Below are positions 50,905 to 63,075 of a stretch of DNA of 64,000 nt, one piece after another. The position numbers and the translations under genes are program-made. Source of the stretch: Octopus sinensis. Its lineage: Eukaryota. Below the pieces are notes generated by a model that saw nothing but the letters and a program-made list of their open reading frames with translations, was not told the origin of the DNA and ran no database searches. The DNA is taken from assembly GCF_006345805.1 (NCBI RefSeq), contig NC_043002.1, positions 46,810,001 through 46,874,000 on the forward strand. Direction: 5' to 3'. How positions within the stretch are numbered: the first letter of the stretch is position 1; each line of letters starts with the position of its first letter.

Positions 50905-51075
50905 ACACATATGACAGGTTGGTTTCAGTTTCTGTCTACCTCATCCATGCATAATGAATTAGTCAACACAGGGCTGTAAATAGAAGACACTTGTCCAAAG
51001 TGTTGCACAGTGGGACAGAACTTCAAACTACACGACTGGAAGTGAACTTCTAAGCTACACAACCATGCCAGCATA
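50905..51075 (-). mobile_element. SINE family A head
   Basis: agaagacacttgtccaaagtgttgcacagtgggacagaac. Confidence 0.7.
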
Positions 51076-51454
51076 CACACACACATGTAAAGGTGTGTCT
51101 ATTAAAAAAAATTTAATTTAATGCAAGTAAAATATTAAGTACATTTGAGTTACAGCTAATGAATTTTATTTCTGTTTTACATACATTTTTTCACACTTAT
51201 GGTTTTGTAAATTTGCATAACAAAACAACCCACTTTTTGCAAGAAACAAACCACTTCCTACCAAAACAACCACTGCCTAACAAAAAACCCTCCCAATTAG
51301 GGTGCAAGAGAGGAATCTATGTCAGTCAGAAAGACAAAATTATGTATCTCAATCAGGAGCACAATAGATCAAACATGCTTTGAATGTACATTCATGAGAT
51401 CGGTAGTCCAACACCTTAAAACCAACACTCATTTTCTCTTATTCTTTTATTATC

Positions 51455-51880
51455 CATCCATCCATTCATCTTCACCCACCATTCTTGGGAGAGCTGTGGG
51501 AACAGAATCCTCAAGTACTTCTGCCAAAGGCTCCTATGAGAAGCAACCATCATTAGACTTTCTGGCTAGATTCCCAAGCATGACCAACCGAGGCTTAGGA
51601 TATTATTCAGCCACCTCTTTCTTGGTCAACCCCTAGATCTCTTGCTTGTTGGCATGGCTTGAAGAATCTGTCATGTGATTCTTTACTCAACATTTTAATC
51701 ACTTGTCTGTAATATTGGAGTTGTGGAGAAGTAACAGATTGACCTGGAGAGATTCCTTGATGTTTGTGCTACACACCCTATTGAGTAATGTTACTCTAGA
51801 GATCCTTCAGAGGAACATTATAAATGAGTAACATGAAGAACTGCATTGTGAACGAAACATCTCAATGTTTAAATTGTAAA
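51455..51880 (-). mobile_element. Decayed RTE LINE 3' fragment
   Basis: Minus strand resembles the 62700-63070 element; (TGGA)n tail. Confidence 0.55.
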
Positions 51881-52104
51881 ACTGAGATTCACAAAACTTG
51901 ATTCAGTTGTTTCAGTATTGTTAAGTCAGACACTATCACAAACTTTTATCTAATTAGATTTTCATATTCAGTTATTTCCTTAAAAACACAATTGCAGAGT
52001 TTACATCATTCAAATTTTATTCTTTAATAAAGTTTCAGCACTTATCAATGAAAGTATATACCATATGATTTTAAGAGATGATACAATATTAAAATGATGC
52101 TTAC

Positions 52105-52185
52105 CATAATAGCTATCACACCAATTGGTCTCCCTTCAACCATATCACAGATAATTTTATTGTTAAAAAACTGAACTGGTTCCCA
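52105..52185 (-). CDS. MYO1C: Myosin I motor exon WEPVQFFNNKIICDMVEGRPIGVIAIM
   Basis: 81 nt, phase 0/0; acceptor cctttcag, donor gtaagc. Confidence 0.96.
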
Positions 52186-54044
52186 CTGAAAGGAAAAAGA
52201 AGGTAAAGTTACATTTTAAATTGCAGAAGGATTCTAAGATCCCCAAGTTATTTAGAGGCAATTTACACATTTGAATCCTATGATTGAGGATAAAAAATAT
52301 AAATTGATGATCAGTAAAGAGAACAAGTGCAATATAGAGAATGGCAACAATTGCTTAGTAAGGTTTTAAGTCTTTGTAAATAGATTTACTATCGACCTCT
52401 GCATTATTCAATGAACATAAGGACATTACAAGATGCTACAGTTGCAATGTTAGTAAAATAATACATAGTAATAATAATAGTTTGGTGTTAATGAAAATAA
52501 TTAAAACTATTCAATTTCTTTTTTTTTTTCATTTTCTAGACAAATTGAAATATTTTCTGAATAATAAGAAAGAGAGAGTCAAATCTAGATATTTTCTATC
52601 ACTGGAATCGAGTTTTAATTCTCCTTCACATAGCAAATGTAACTGTAAATTGGTGCCATACATGTACAATTCACTGCTGTAAGGATTAGATACACTTCAA
52701 AATTAGTGGGTATTCATTAGCTTCAGGGTATTCATTAGCTACATTATCAACACATTGTGTTGATAATATAATTGCTTGAAATGAATGAAACAAGTAAAAG
52801 ATAAACAACTTTATTTTACACACATTGTTCTGGAGAAAACTTTTCATAGAGTTAAATGGTCTGTTGATTAGTGGGCAATTATAAGATTAGGTGCAAAAGG
52901 ACCAGTTGTGGAGCTTTCCAGGTGATATATAATGATGCTAAAACTAGGGTCAGTATTGGCAGTGCACTCAATTGGACTTACAATAAATGTATTCTCCACA
53001 CTTTTCTGTTTGTCTTTGATTTAATTGTCCCAGAGTTCAGTGAAGGACTCCCATGGAAGATTTTGTATACTTTAACATGGCTCACATTGCATAATCTGTC
53101 AAATAATTGTACAAGTTGCTTAAAGCTTGAATGAGTTGAATTAAATGAAAAGGCATCAATCGTTTAAGTAAACAAGGCCAACTTAATATTGTGCAGTGAG
53201 TGGAAAGAATGGGCACTCAACAAATTTTATGTAGCTCAAGTGGATTGAGACTTGATCAAAGCTTAAGGTACATCAAGTATGTTGAAGCAGGTAACAATAT
53301 AAAGAAGCATTGAAAAGGGGATTATGGGTCACTAGAAATCAAAGTAATGTCATAGGCTACCAAGACAAATCACTTGAAATAAAAGGTAAGTTTTGCTGCT
53401 AAAGTTACATGAATAGTGCTGGAGATGGAGCTAGAAATATGTATAGTTCAGTGGGATGGAAGACATCAAATAAATTATTACTGCCCTCGTATGAAAAGAC
53501 ATGCATCTGAAGTATTATGGAATATATCAGTGAAATTTGAAAAGCAAATATAGAAGATTTGTATCAAGTGTATAATGGTAACTTGTAAGGTTGATTATTG
53601 GTCAGTGAATAAAGTAACTAAGTATTAAGCATATTGAGTGATGTATGCAGGTGAAACAAATTAGGTTTGAAAAGACATATATGAAGTAATATTCTGGAAG
53701 AGAAAGTATCAAGAATTGTTAGTGGAAGATGTTACTAGCAAAAGTAAACCATAGAAAACTTGAAGGAAGTAAGTTGATCACATAACAAGAGGATCTTTCA
53801 GAGAAGATAACAGAAGATTTAGACATAAAAAGGTGTGTTACAGTAAGCATGAAATACATGTGTTGTAGTGATGGTGGTAGTGAATAGTGAATAGCAGAAG
53901 CATTAATAATGGTTGGTAGTGACTGTAACAGTAATAGTGAAAACAAATAATAAAAAAAAAGGTTTATCAAGAGGTGTTAGATTCCAGACCTATTTTAGGA
54001 TATTATCTTTATATCTATTAAGATATACCACAGAGCTTTATTAA

Positions 54045-54264
54045 CCCTTTTGTAACTGTATTTATTTTGAGATGCTCTGTATTTCTTTCAATTACTTTAA
54101 ATATAACAAAGAATTTAGTAAAATAACTTAGTTATCATTCAGCTAGTGTTAGGAACATAAATTGTGACTAAGGTTTGGTGGAAGATTTTAATTCAAAACT
54201 TATGAAAACAAGACATTTGTACTCAGAGCCAGAGCCGGTTTCAGCCGGATTGGTAACAAAAGGG
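54045..54264. mobile_element. piggyBac-type MITE
   Basis: TTAA|CCCTTTTGTAAC ... GTAACAAAAGGG|TTAA. Confidence 0.9.
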
Positions 54265-54637
54265 TTAAAGCAGAACAATTTACCCAATGGATTTATATAC
54301 ATAACAGAAGAAAAGTCATATGATATTTAAATAATGTTGCTGAAATTCAGTTATAACAACATTAAACAGTGTCAACTGTGATTTGTATAACTTAACATTG
54401 ATTGAATATTTTGTAGTGTAGTTCTTTCCTGACTATATCTCTAATGAGCAGACTACCAGTGCTTCACTTAATTTTCAAGACAATCTGGAGGAGTTTAGTT
54501 ACTCTCATCCCCACCATCTCTCTCTCTCATGCTCCCTTCCATTCACACTTATAAAGAGTTATAGCACTGGATCTCACCACTACACAATGTACTGCATCGA
54601 CCTTTCAACTTTGTCTGTCTGTGTCTCTCTCCCTTTC

Positions 54638-55150
54638 TCATCATCATCATCATCATTGTTCAACCGTGGTTGAGACAATGGAATTTACCATGCTACGCCA
54701 GACTTCACAGTCCATCATAGCATTATGGAGGTCCTGTTGCTGGATGCCTGTATCCCTGGAGATTACTTCAGGGTAGGAGAGTGTGTGCCCTCTGGTGTTG
54801 CGAGTAGATGGCTTCCAGAGAAGAAGAGTAGAAATTGCCTCGTTTTCAGCTCTACAACAATGTCCAGCAAACTGGACTCTCCTACCTTTCACAAGAGATG
54901 ACACAGGTGGTAGTTTCCCATATATTTGCATTTTGGTTGGATGACGCTTCCACGAGAGATTTTGAGCTCTCATAAGGAGGCGAGTGTAGGTTCCATCCAA
55001 CCACCTCTCAAGCTTCTTTGATAACATCCAGGTTTCTGAGCCATATAGTAGAATTGGTTTGACTGTGGCTTTGAAGATTTCAAGTTTGAAGTCTCTACTT
55101 AGATTTGATGACCAGATCTTATGCATGTCATTACAGGCTGACCAGGCCAT
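54638..55150 (-). mobile_element. 5'-truncated RTE/RTE-X LINE, second family
   Basis: 165-aa ORF with LLYGSETW and FAGHC.R motifs; (TGA)n tail directly after the stop. Confidence 0.92.
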
Positions 55151-55729
55151 ACACTTTCTAGTTAGAAAATCTTTTCCAGATGATGATATGTATGACCCAA
55201 GATATTTGTAACCCTGGACACTACTCCTTTCCCTCCCCCTTTCTCCTGTCCCTTTTATATTTCCCTTCCCAACACTGTTTACACCGTTAATCTCTCCATT
55301 ACCACCCTCACATCATATTTCACCTTCCCACCACCATGCTGAAAATCATCACTCTTTTATTCCATACTCCTTCCAGTTATGGCAGTTATTTAGTCTTGCC
55401 TATGACAAGGTAACCTCACACATGTTGGTGCTACAAAAAACCCAAAACCACCCAATACACTCTATAAAGTAGTTTGCATTAGAAAGAGCACCCAGTCATA
55501 GAAACTATGTCAAAATTGAAACACTGGAGCGCAACACAGCCCTTTGACATGTCAGCTTCATGTTGAACCATCCAACCACTGATGCTAGTGAACTGATAAT
55601 AATAGTTAGATTATGTTGGTGATGACTGACTAAAATCTCATTATTTCATCTATGCTAAAATGAAATTTTAGTTAAGATTTTAATTTAAATGTGAACGGAT
55701 TGTTAATAAAATGGTTAAGCCATTCTTAC

Positions 55730-55835
55730 CTCAATTCCTTCACGTTGGTACTCTTCTTGTTCTGATTTCAATGTTAGCTCAATAAACAGCTGTTGGAGTT
55801 TCTCATTACAATAGTTGATGCAGAATTGCTCAAAC
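55730..55835 (-). CDS. MYO1C: Myosin I motor exon [35 protein letters not shown], relay helix
   Basis: 106 nt, phase 2/0; acceptor cctttttccag, donor gtaaga. Confidence 0.97.
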
Positions 55836-55896
55836 CTGGAAAAAGGAGAATGAATTCATGAACGAAACAACAAATCAGAATTTATTTAATTATATA

Positions 55897-56260
55897 GGCA
55901 CAGGCATGGTTGTGTGGTTAAGAAGTTCATTTTGCAACTACAGGGTTTTGAGTTCAGTCCCATTATGTGGTATCTTGGGCAAGTGTTTTCTACTAAGCCC
56001 CAAGCTGACCAATGCTTTGTGAGTGAATTTGGTTGATAGAAACTGTGGGGAAGCCTGTTGTGTGTGTGTGTGTGTGTGAGTGTGTGTGTATGTATATGAG
56101 TGTATGTCTTTGTGTTTGTCTCCCCTCCTGCCCACTGTTTGACAACTGGTGTTGGTTTGTTTATATCAGAGACTGATAGAATATATATCAGACTGAGAAA
56201 AAAAAAAAAGAAAGAAATATTGGTGGTGATTTGATTGACTAAACCCTTCAAAGCAGTGCT
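55897..56260 (+). mobile_element. SINE family A
   Basis: aggcacaggcatggttgtgtggttaagaag head, (TG)n centre. Confidence 0.82.
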
Positions 56261-57286
56261 ATCTGAAATAAAATACAATCACATAAGAATATGTAGTACT
56301 ATAGTATATTTTAAAAGTGGAATGAAATTCTTTGATCATAGGTCAATGAAGATTGACTTCTGATTAAAAAACAACAACAATACAATTGACACCACCAACA
56401 AAAACCCTACCAAAATCAAAACCAACACCGCTACTAACCTACCAACTTTTGAGTAACCAACTAGTAATGACATTAATATCAGCATAAAAAAATTGTTTGT
56501 AACTACATATGAAGGTTGGAAAATATATGTGACATTACAAGATTTTCATAAGTACAAAGTCTACATCATATTTGGAGTGCTATTGTGACACTTGCAAATG
56601 ACATAATTGTTTCAATAAATCATAGAAGATGAAGTGCTCAAATTGCTACTGTCTCACAGAAATTTATTTGGAGCTAATGCTGTAAGAACAAAAGCAATAT
56701 GAGAATACAGATAATAATAATATGGAAATTCCACCAATTCAGTGCATCCACTAAGCTGTAGAAAGAGATTGTGCATCATAAACATCAAACAATTTGGGAT
56801 AAGTTCTTTAACCCCAAAGTAAATGACGATTAAAAATTATATGATAGTGGCTTTCATCCTCCCAGTAACCCTCATTCCACTCACCTCTCACACAGTAGTC
56901 AGCAAGTTTCATGGTAAAACATACCCTATTACGATATGAGTCTTATTTATTTCCAAACATATTTCTCTTCAAATGTTTTTATTTATACGTATTGTACAAT
57001 GTATGTTTAGAAATTATTTTTATGCATTAAGTGGTTATGTTATCTGTTTTTTTTTTCAAAAAAATCTATCAGAACACATTATCACTTTATACTACGAAAA
57101 TAAATGGGAAAAATTAATTTTGCTTTACAAGAACACATTATTCTCATAATATGGGATATTCTTGTTGTCAGAAATTTCGTACTGTTATTGTCAGGGCAAA
57201 TGAAAGATGGAAAAAAAAAAAAATTCTAATTATAATTAACACTAACTGATACAAAAATATTTCTGTATAAGTTTAGTTTAACTTAC

Positions 57287-57354
57287 CCATTTATTTGGAA
57301 TATTTCGAAACCATATATATCTAACAGTCCTAGTAAAGTACATTTTTCTTTACA
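57287..57354 (-). CDS. MYO1C: Myosin I motor exon CKEKCTLLGLLDIYGFEIFQIN(G), switch II
   Basis: 68 nt, phase 0/2; acceptor ctttag, donor gtaagt; DIYGFE. Confidence 0.96.
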
Positions 57355-57613
57355 CTAAAGAAATAAGAAAAAGAAACACATTGAAGAAGTAACAGCATGT
57401 GTGAAGCCACTGATAAAATATACAAGATTAAGGATTACATTTTTATATAATTTATAAATTTTCTTTTCAGAAGTGTCAATTTCATATAATTTTGAAAATT
57501 TTCAATTACAACAATATAAGCTAAAACATGACTAATTTTAGTAGTAAACACCAAAGTCAAAATATAACAGTAATTAATAACTGATGATTAAAATTTCATT
57601 ATTATTTTCTTAC

Positions 57614-57733
57614 TTTTGTTGCAAGAGATGTATTAATCTTTTTGACAATCCAAGTAAAAAGCCTGTCATATATTCCTTTAGCAAGAGCATCTCGAGCATA
57701 AATTGCTTGTTCCAAATTTAACGGGGTCTGCAT
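57614..57733 (-). CDS. MYO1C: Myosin I motor exon [40 protein letters not shown]
   Basis: 120 nt, phase 0/0; acceptor ctttttctag, donor gtaaga; ARDALAK motif. Confidence 0.96.
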
Positions 57734-59285
57734 CTAGAAAAAGTAATAAATACGTGTTGAATTAGTGAAATATAGTTTTGGCCACTGATGAACTATTAAT
57801 AAAGAACCCATAGTTTTTTTTAATAAACACAAAAGTACAGGCATGGGTTTGTGGTTAACTTATCATCTTTGCAACTTTGTGGTTTCAAGTTTAGTCCTAT
57901 CAGTCTCACTGCATGACATCTTAGGCAAGTGTTTTCTATTATAATACAACTTCTGTACATGTGTGTGCCTGTGTGTACACACACACACATCATCATCATC
58001 ATGATACTGTTTTGTGTGTGCATCATGTATGTATGTGTATAAGCATGTGTGCATGCATGTTCTACTGTTTTTACTTCATAATTTCAAATTTATGCAAATT
58101 TTACTGCCACTTTGCATATAAGTAATCTTTCAAAATTCAGCAAGGACTTATGACATATGATGACATGGTATCTTTTCCCTTTTCACAGAGTCTTTGGAAT
58201 TAGAATATCAATGTCTTAGGGAAATACCTTATGCTATTTACAAAAAATGTTCACATTCAAATTTATTTTCTCAAATGTTGCCTTTTTATCTTATGCCTTA
58301 TGGGTTTCAACTTCTTTTACACTCTTCCTGTCTAATGTAAAGCATATTCTACCCTCATTAGTTCCAGATATCATTATGATGCACACCACCAACAATAATT
58401 GGAAAAGAACAACAACTGTCATACTCTATCCAAGTCCACCAAGCCTAACTTTGTTGAAAATATTACCAGAATTTGCAGGCATATAGAAATCAACTGGGCC
58501 ATCTTGGAAAATAACATACCATATTACAGCTGCAAACTTTAGCTTTCATTTCAGTTTCACAAATAAACAACTTAACATCATTATCATCGTCAACAATATC
58601 ATAATAATCATCAACATCAATAGTAACAACAACAACAACAAATAATATTAATGCACCAGTAAGAATTTTGAAAAATAAAGAAAATATTGTTATAGTAATA
58701 ATGATTTTAAACAAATGAAGAAAATACTGTTCAGAGCTAGCAAGGAGAACTTTTGGATCATGTTCAACAACCATCAGATTCGTATGTGTATTTTACAGCC
58801 ATTCATAGTACTTTATATCATGGAACAGTAAATCCATGAAAAAAAATCAAGTATTACAGAAAACAATTGGCACACTTAGACACACCCCTTGTCTACCCAA
58901 TCACCCTATCCAATCCTCTGCATCACTTCTCTTACTTATATTCACCTTCTTGTATTTGAAGATGTACTCTGACTTTCATCACAATCTTCTCTCTTTTCCA
59001 ACTGAGGCATCTGCTACTGTTTTTCTATCATCACCTGGTTTAAAGCTATCGGGCCCGCTCCACACTATACAACCCTCAATTGAGGGGTCTTGCCTTGCAA
59101 GTTACTTGATGACCTCACTAGTGCTGGTACCACATAAAAATCACTCAGTACACTCTGTAAAATGGCTGGCATTAGGAAAGGCACCCAACTATGGAAAAAA
59201 TGTTAAAATTGATATTTGATATTGAAGCTTAGCACAGTCCCCTAGCTTGCCAGCTCCTGTTGAATCATTCAATGGACATTAAATG

Positions 59286-59398
59286 GTGATGATAATGATG
59301 GGACAAACTGAAAACTAAAGGCTAGTAGCAAAATGAAAGCTAATAAACCACTAAAAGAGAATGCTCTTAAAGAAAGCAAAAGTGAAAAATTGTATGAT
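59286..59398. repeat. Left arm of local inverted duplication (partner 61151-61252)
   Basis: Reverse complement matches the partner with 5 substitutions and one ~11-nt indel. Confidence 0.9.
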
Positions 59399-59439
59399 AT
59401 ACTCCAAGATGGTTATTTATCTCTAAACACTAAATGGCA

Positions 59440-59705
59440 TTTCTTTGCTCTAAAAATGGGTTCCCCCTGCTGGAAATGTCAGGCTTCTCTTCTTTCTCAC
59501 AGCATAAAGTTTCATGTCTTGAGGAACCACCTGGACACCTTATCACTATTTACCTTTTTGAAGCTCCTACTTATCATTCTCATCCTCTTTTCTAAAAGTG
59601 AGTAGCCATGTAGCTCCTCTAAAACAGGAACTTTCTCTGCTTCACTCCAACCTCCTCTCATACTTTTGACCCTACATCTCCACACATAAAGCTGTTTCAA
59701 CCACA
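59440..59705 (-). mobile_element. Decayed LINE RT C-terminal fragment
   Basis: ORF 59512..59706 LYVWRCRVKSMRGGWSEAEKV..., RTE-like. Confidence 0.45.
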
Positions 59706-60081
59706 TTGAGTTTCATAGTCTCGCAATCTGCAAAGTGATCTCACTAGTGCTGGTGGTATGAAAAAGAAAAAAAACCCATTCAGCTGTATGTTGGTGTTAG
59801 GAAGGGTATCCAACTGTAGAGGCAGTGCCAAAGCAGACACTGGAGTACAATGCAGTCCTTGGACAAATTGGATCCTGTCAAACTGTCCAACCCATGTCAG
59901 CATGAAATATAAATGTTACATGATGATGATGATGATGATGTTTGAAGTGATCATTAACAAACCATGCAATTTGTATTCTGTTATTAATATAGAATCAAAG
60001 TACGTTAATACATTCTTTCTGATCAAATATTACAGTGAAAACTAAAACTTCATCAAATTTTTGTAATATAATGATGCATAC

Positions 60082-60153
60082 CTTTTCCTGTCGGACATCA
60101 ATAGTTCGGTGTTCCAAAGCTGTAATTAGCTCCTCTTCTGGACATCCAAGTAA
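60082..60153 (-). CDS. MYO1C: Myosin I motor exon LLGCPEEELITALEHRTIDVRQEK
   Basis: 72 nt, phase 0/0; acceptor gtttatag, donor gtatgc. Confidence 0.93.
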
Positions 60154-61150
60154 CTATAAACAAAGAAATATATTTATTTCTAAATTTCCAATAGCAAAAA
60201 ACAGAAATTAATGAGCAAAAAACATAAATTAATGATACTCAGTCTGCTAGAAATAAGAGCCAAATATCTTTAGTATCATCTTAAAAATTGACATTTGTAT
60301 AGTGGATTCTTGGTTACAAAGTGCTTGAGTAAAAGATAGAAAGGTAAGAATTTGAATTCTTTTGATTATGGTTAAGTTTGCATAATTAAGGATGACCTGG
60401 AGCTAAAAAAGGTCATCCAGTCTTGTTTTAATTAACCACTAGAAAGGCTACATTTTATCTCTGTATTTATTGTTGTATCTAAACATCTGCTGAACCACAT
60501 CCTTGACAAAGGTAAAGTAAAGGGTAGTAACATAACCAGGTGAAGGTGTTAGGACAAGGGTGAAGCACCCCGGGTGATGCTTTTGTGGGGGTGGCACTTC
60601 TGACCTAGCAACCAAGAAGTGGAGAGTGGGGAGAAAACTCAAGAGCTATCCCCGGCAGCACACATTCTGGTTACACCACTGTTACAGTGTCTTCTTTTTT
60701 ATTCTTTTACAGAGTCAAGAATTTTTCAACCCTAAGCTGAAGTATTATATTCAAGAACAGTTTGGAACAATAACTGTAGTTAATTACTCAGAGACATATT
60801 TGCATTAAAATAAAAGTTAAGTAGTGTTAATGTATTTAATGAAGTGAGCATTAAACGCCTAATTTTAAATGACAACATTACTTCAAAGATTAAAATTATT
60901 TTAATCATTTCAGTATGGAAGATAACTCTACACATGTTTTAGTTATTAGACCTAAACATAAAACTTCCGAGGACTAGTGAAAGTAATGATTAGAAAATCA
61001 TAAGATTAATGTTCAATATTATAGATGGGCACCAAAAATCATAGCCATGACTTGCAAGTGAGTATGATCTGGTAGCATGTACCATGATTTTGCTCATTAT
61101 TTTAGGTGCTTATGTAATCACGAGCAGACATAGACACCATCTCCACCCCC

Positions 61151-61252
61151 ATCATACAATTTTTCACTTTTGCTGTCTTTAAGAGAATTCTCTTTAAGCT
61201 TCCATTTTGCTACTAGCCTTTAGCTTTCAGTTTGTCCAATCATTATCATCAC
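61151..61252. repeat. Right arm of local inverted duplication (partner 59286-59398)
   Basis: See partner feature. Confidence 0.9.
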
Positions 61253-61319
61253 ATCAAGGATGTAACAGCTTCAGGGAGGGAGTGAGAGAGCTGCACTAGC
61301 AAAGGCTGGTACTCATTTT

Positions 61320-61740
61320 CTTATTTCTTTATTGCCCACAAGGGGCTAAACATAGAGGGGACAAATAAGGACAGACAAAGAGATTAAGTCAATTACATCG
61401 ACCCCAGTGCATAATTGGTACTTAATTTATCGACCCCGAAAGGATGAAAGGCAAAGTCGACCTTGGCGGAATTTGAACTCAGAATGTAACGGTAGATGAA
61501 ATACCTATTTCTTTACTACCCACAAGGGGCTAAACACAGAGGGGACAAATAAGGACAGACAAAGGGATTAAGCTGATTACATCGAGCCCAGTGCATAACT
61601 GGTACTTAATTTATCGACCCCGAAAGGATGAAAGGCAAAGTCGACCATGGCGGAATTTGAACGCAGAACATAATGGCAGATGAAATACTGCTAAGCATTT
61701 TGCCCGGTGTGCTAACGTTTCTGCCAGCTCACCACCTTAC
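61320..61740 (-). mobile_element. Head-to-tail dimer of SINE family B
   Basis: Full copy ~61507-61740 joined to a headless copy ~61320-61510. Confidence 0.9.
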
Positions 61741-62060
61741 TTATTTTCTGTTGGGAAGACAAGAACAATGTGAAATGAAGTGCCTTACTCAAGGACATAA
61801 CTTGTCACCTAACCCAAAAATTGAACAACCAAACTTTATGATAACAACCAGGCCACCCATTTATGCGTCCATGATTAAGTGCAAAAAAAAAAAGTATATT
61901 ATAAAAAAATGAGATTACACTCGTAATTACCACATGAAATGCAATATGTTAACTTTGAAAAATACCTGATTATCCAACCTAAACATACTTAATTTATTTA
62001 CAAGATAAAGCAAACAGTTCAATAAGTGAAACATTTTCAGTAAGTGGTTGAGTTACTTAC

Positions 62061-62171
62061 TTTGGCAATATAAGTTTCATGTCCATTAAGTGATAGTTTA
62101 GCCACACCCTGGTCTTCTTTATGAGTTATATTTCCTAAGTGGATCACAGCTGCAACAATAGAAAACAAGGA
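62061..62171 (-). CDS. MYO1C: Myosin I motor exon SLFSIVAAVIHLGNITHKEDQGVAKLSLNGHETYIAK
   Basis: 111 nt, phase 0/0; acceptor ctctttcag, donor gtaagt; (L)SIVAAV(I/L)HLGNI motif. Confidence 0.95.
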
Positions 62172-62339
62172 CTGAAAGAGAAAAAAAAGGAAATGGAATA
62201 TTTGCAAATGATAATGAATTTCTAAATGGAAAAGATAAAAATGAGATAAATAAAAGGTTGAGCAATATGACATATAACAAAAATAATAGACAATTTGAAA
62301 AATAAAGAAAAATTTTTTTAACAATATCCACTATTAACA

Positions 62340-63075
62340 AGATGAGTATAGGATTGGCTGGCTGATATTTTCAGACAACATGGTGCTACTTGGCTTGTCC
62401 GACAGTGATCTGCAGCATGCACTGAATGGGTTTGTTGCCATGTGCTGTAAGGCAGGGGTGAGAATAAGTGTTGTGAAGACTGAGACAATGGCCATCTCAA
62501 GAAAGTCTTCCAGATGCACTCTGCATGTTAATGGCATTTCACTGAGGCAAGTGGTCAAGTTTAAGGCTGTTGAATGTTAGAATTGCAGGTGCTGTCACAG
62601 TAATGTGCCAACTTCAGCATTCAATCTTCAGAAAAGGAGAGGATGGTAAAAATGCCGAATTTACTATCTTTAATTTGGTCATGAATGTTAGGCAATGACC
62701 GAAAGTATTCAAATATGAACACAAGCAGCTGAAATGGGATTCCTATGAAGAATCTCTGGGGTAATGTTACTCAACAGAGTGTTACGTAGCTTGGAGATCA
62801 GGAAGTCTCTCTAGGTTGAGTCGCAACTTGTCCCCCATCAAGAGGTCGTGGCCTCAGTATTATGGACATGTAATTAGAATGTTACAGGCAATGATTACAA
62901 AACAAATTCTTCAAGTCAAGCCAACTGGTAGGAGATCTAGGGGTAGATCATGAGTAAGATGGCTGGATAACATCCATAGTCTCAGCTGGTCAAGCTTAGG
63001 AATCCAGTAGGAAAACGTAATAATGGTTGCTTCAGATAGGACTTTATGGAGGAAGAGCTTAAGGACTCCTATATA
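62340..63075 (+). mobile_element. Decayed RTE LINE ORF2 fragment
   Basis: LQHALNGFVAMCCKAGVRISVVKTETM... then frameshifted QAAEMGFL, GHVIRM and PTGRRSRGR-type motifs. Confidence 0.8.

Larger units (their letters stand above)
765..62171 (-). other. MYO1C: Unconventional myosin I gene (MYO1C/Myo61F-like), partial; 18 exons in window, both ends outside
   Basis: Manual exon chain with canonical GT-AG sites and matching phases gives one open frame with myosin hallmarks LLDIYGFE (switch II), [15 protein letters not shown] (relay), [30 protein letters not shown] (SH1 region), TKLFIRFP, two IQ motifs and a TH1-type tail (LPKSVLDKSWP, EQKVLAERIFRGQKESYP). Assignment to the MYO1C/H clade is from remembered similarity to vertebrate MYO1C. 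Confidence 0.93.
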
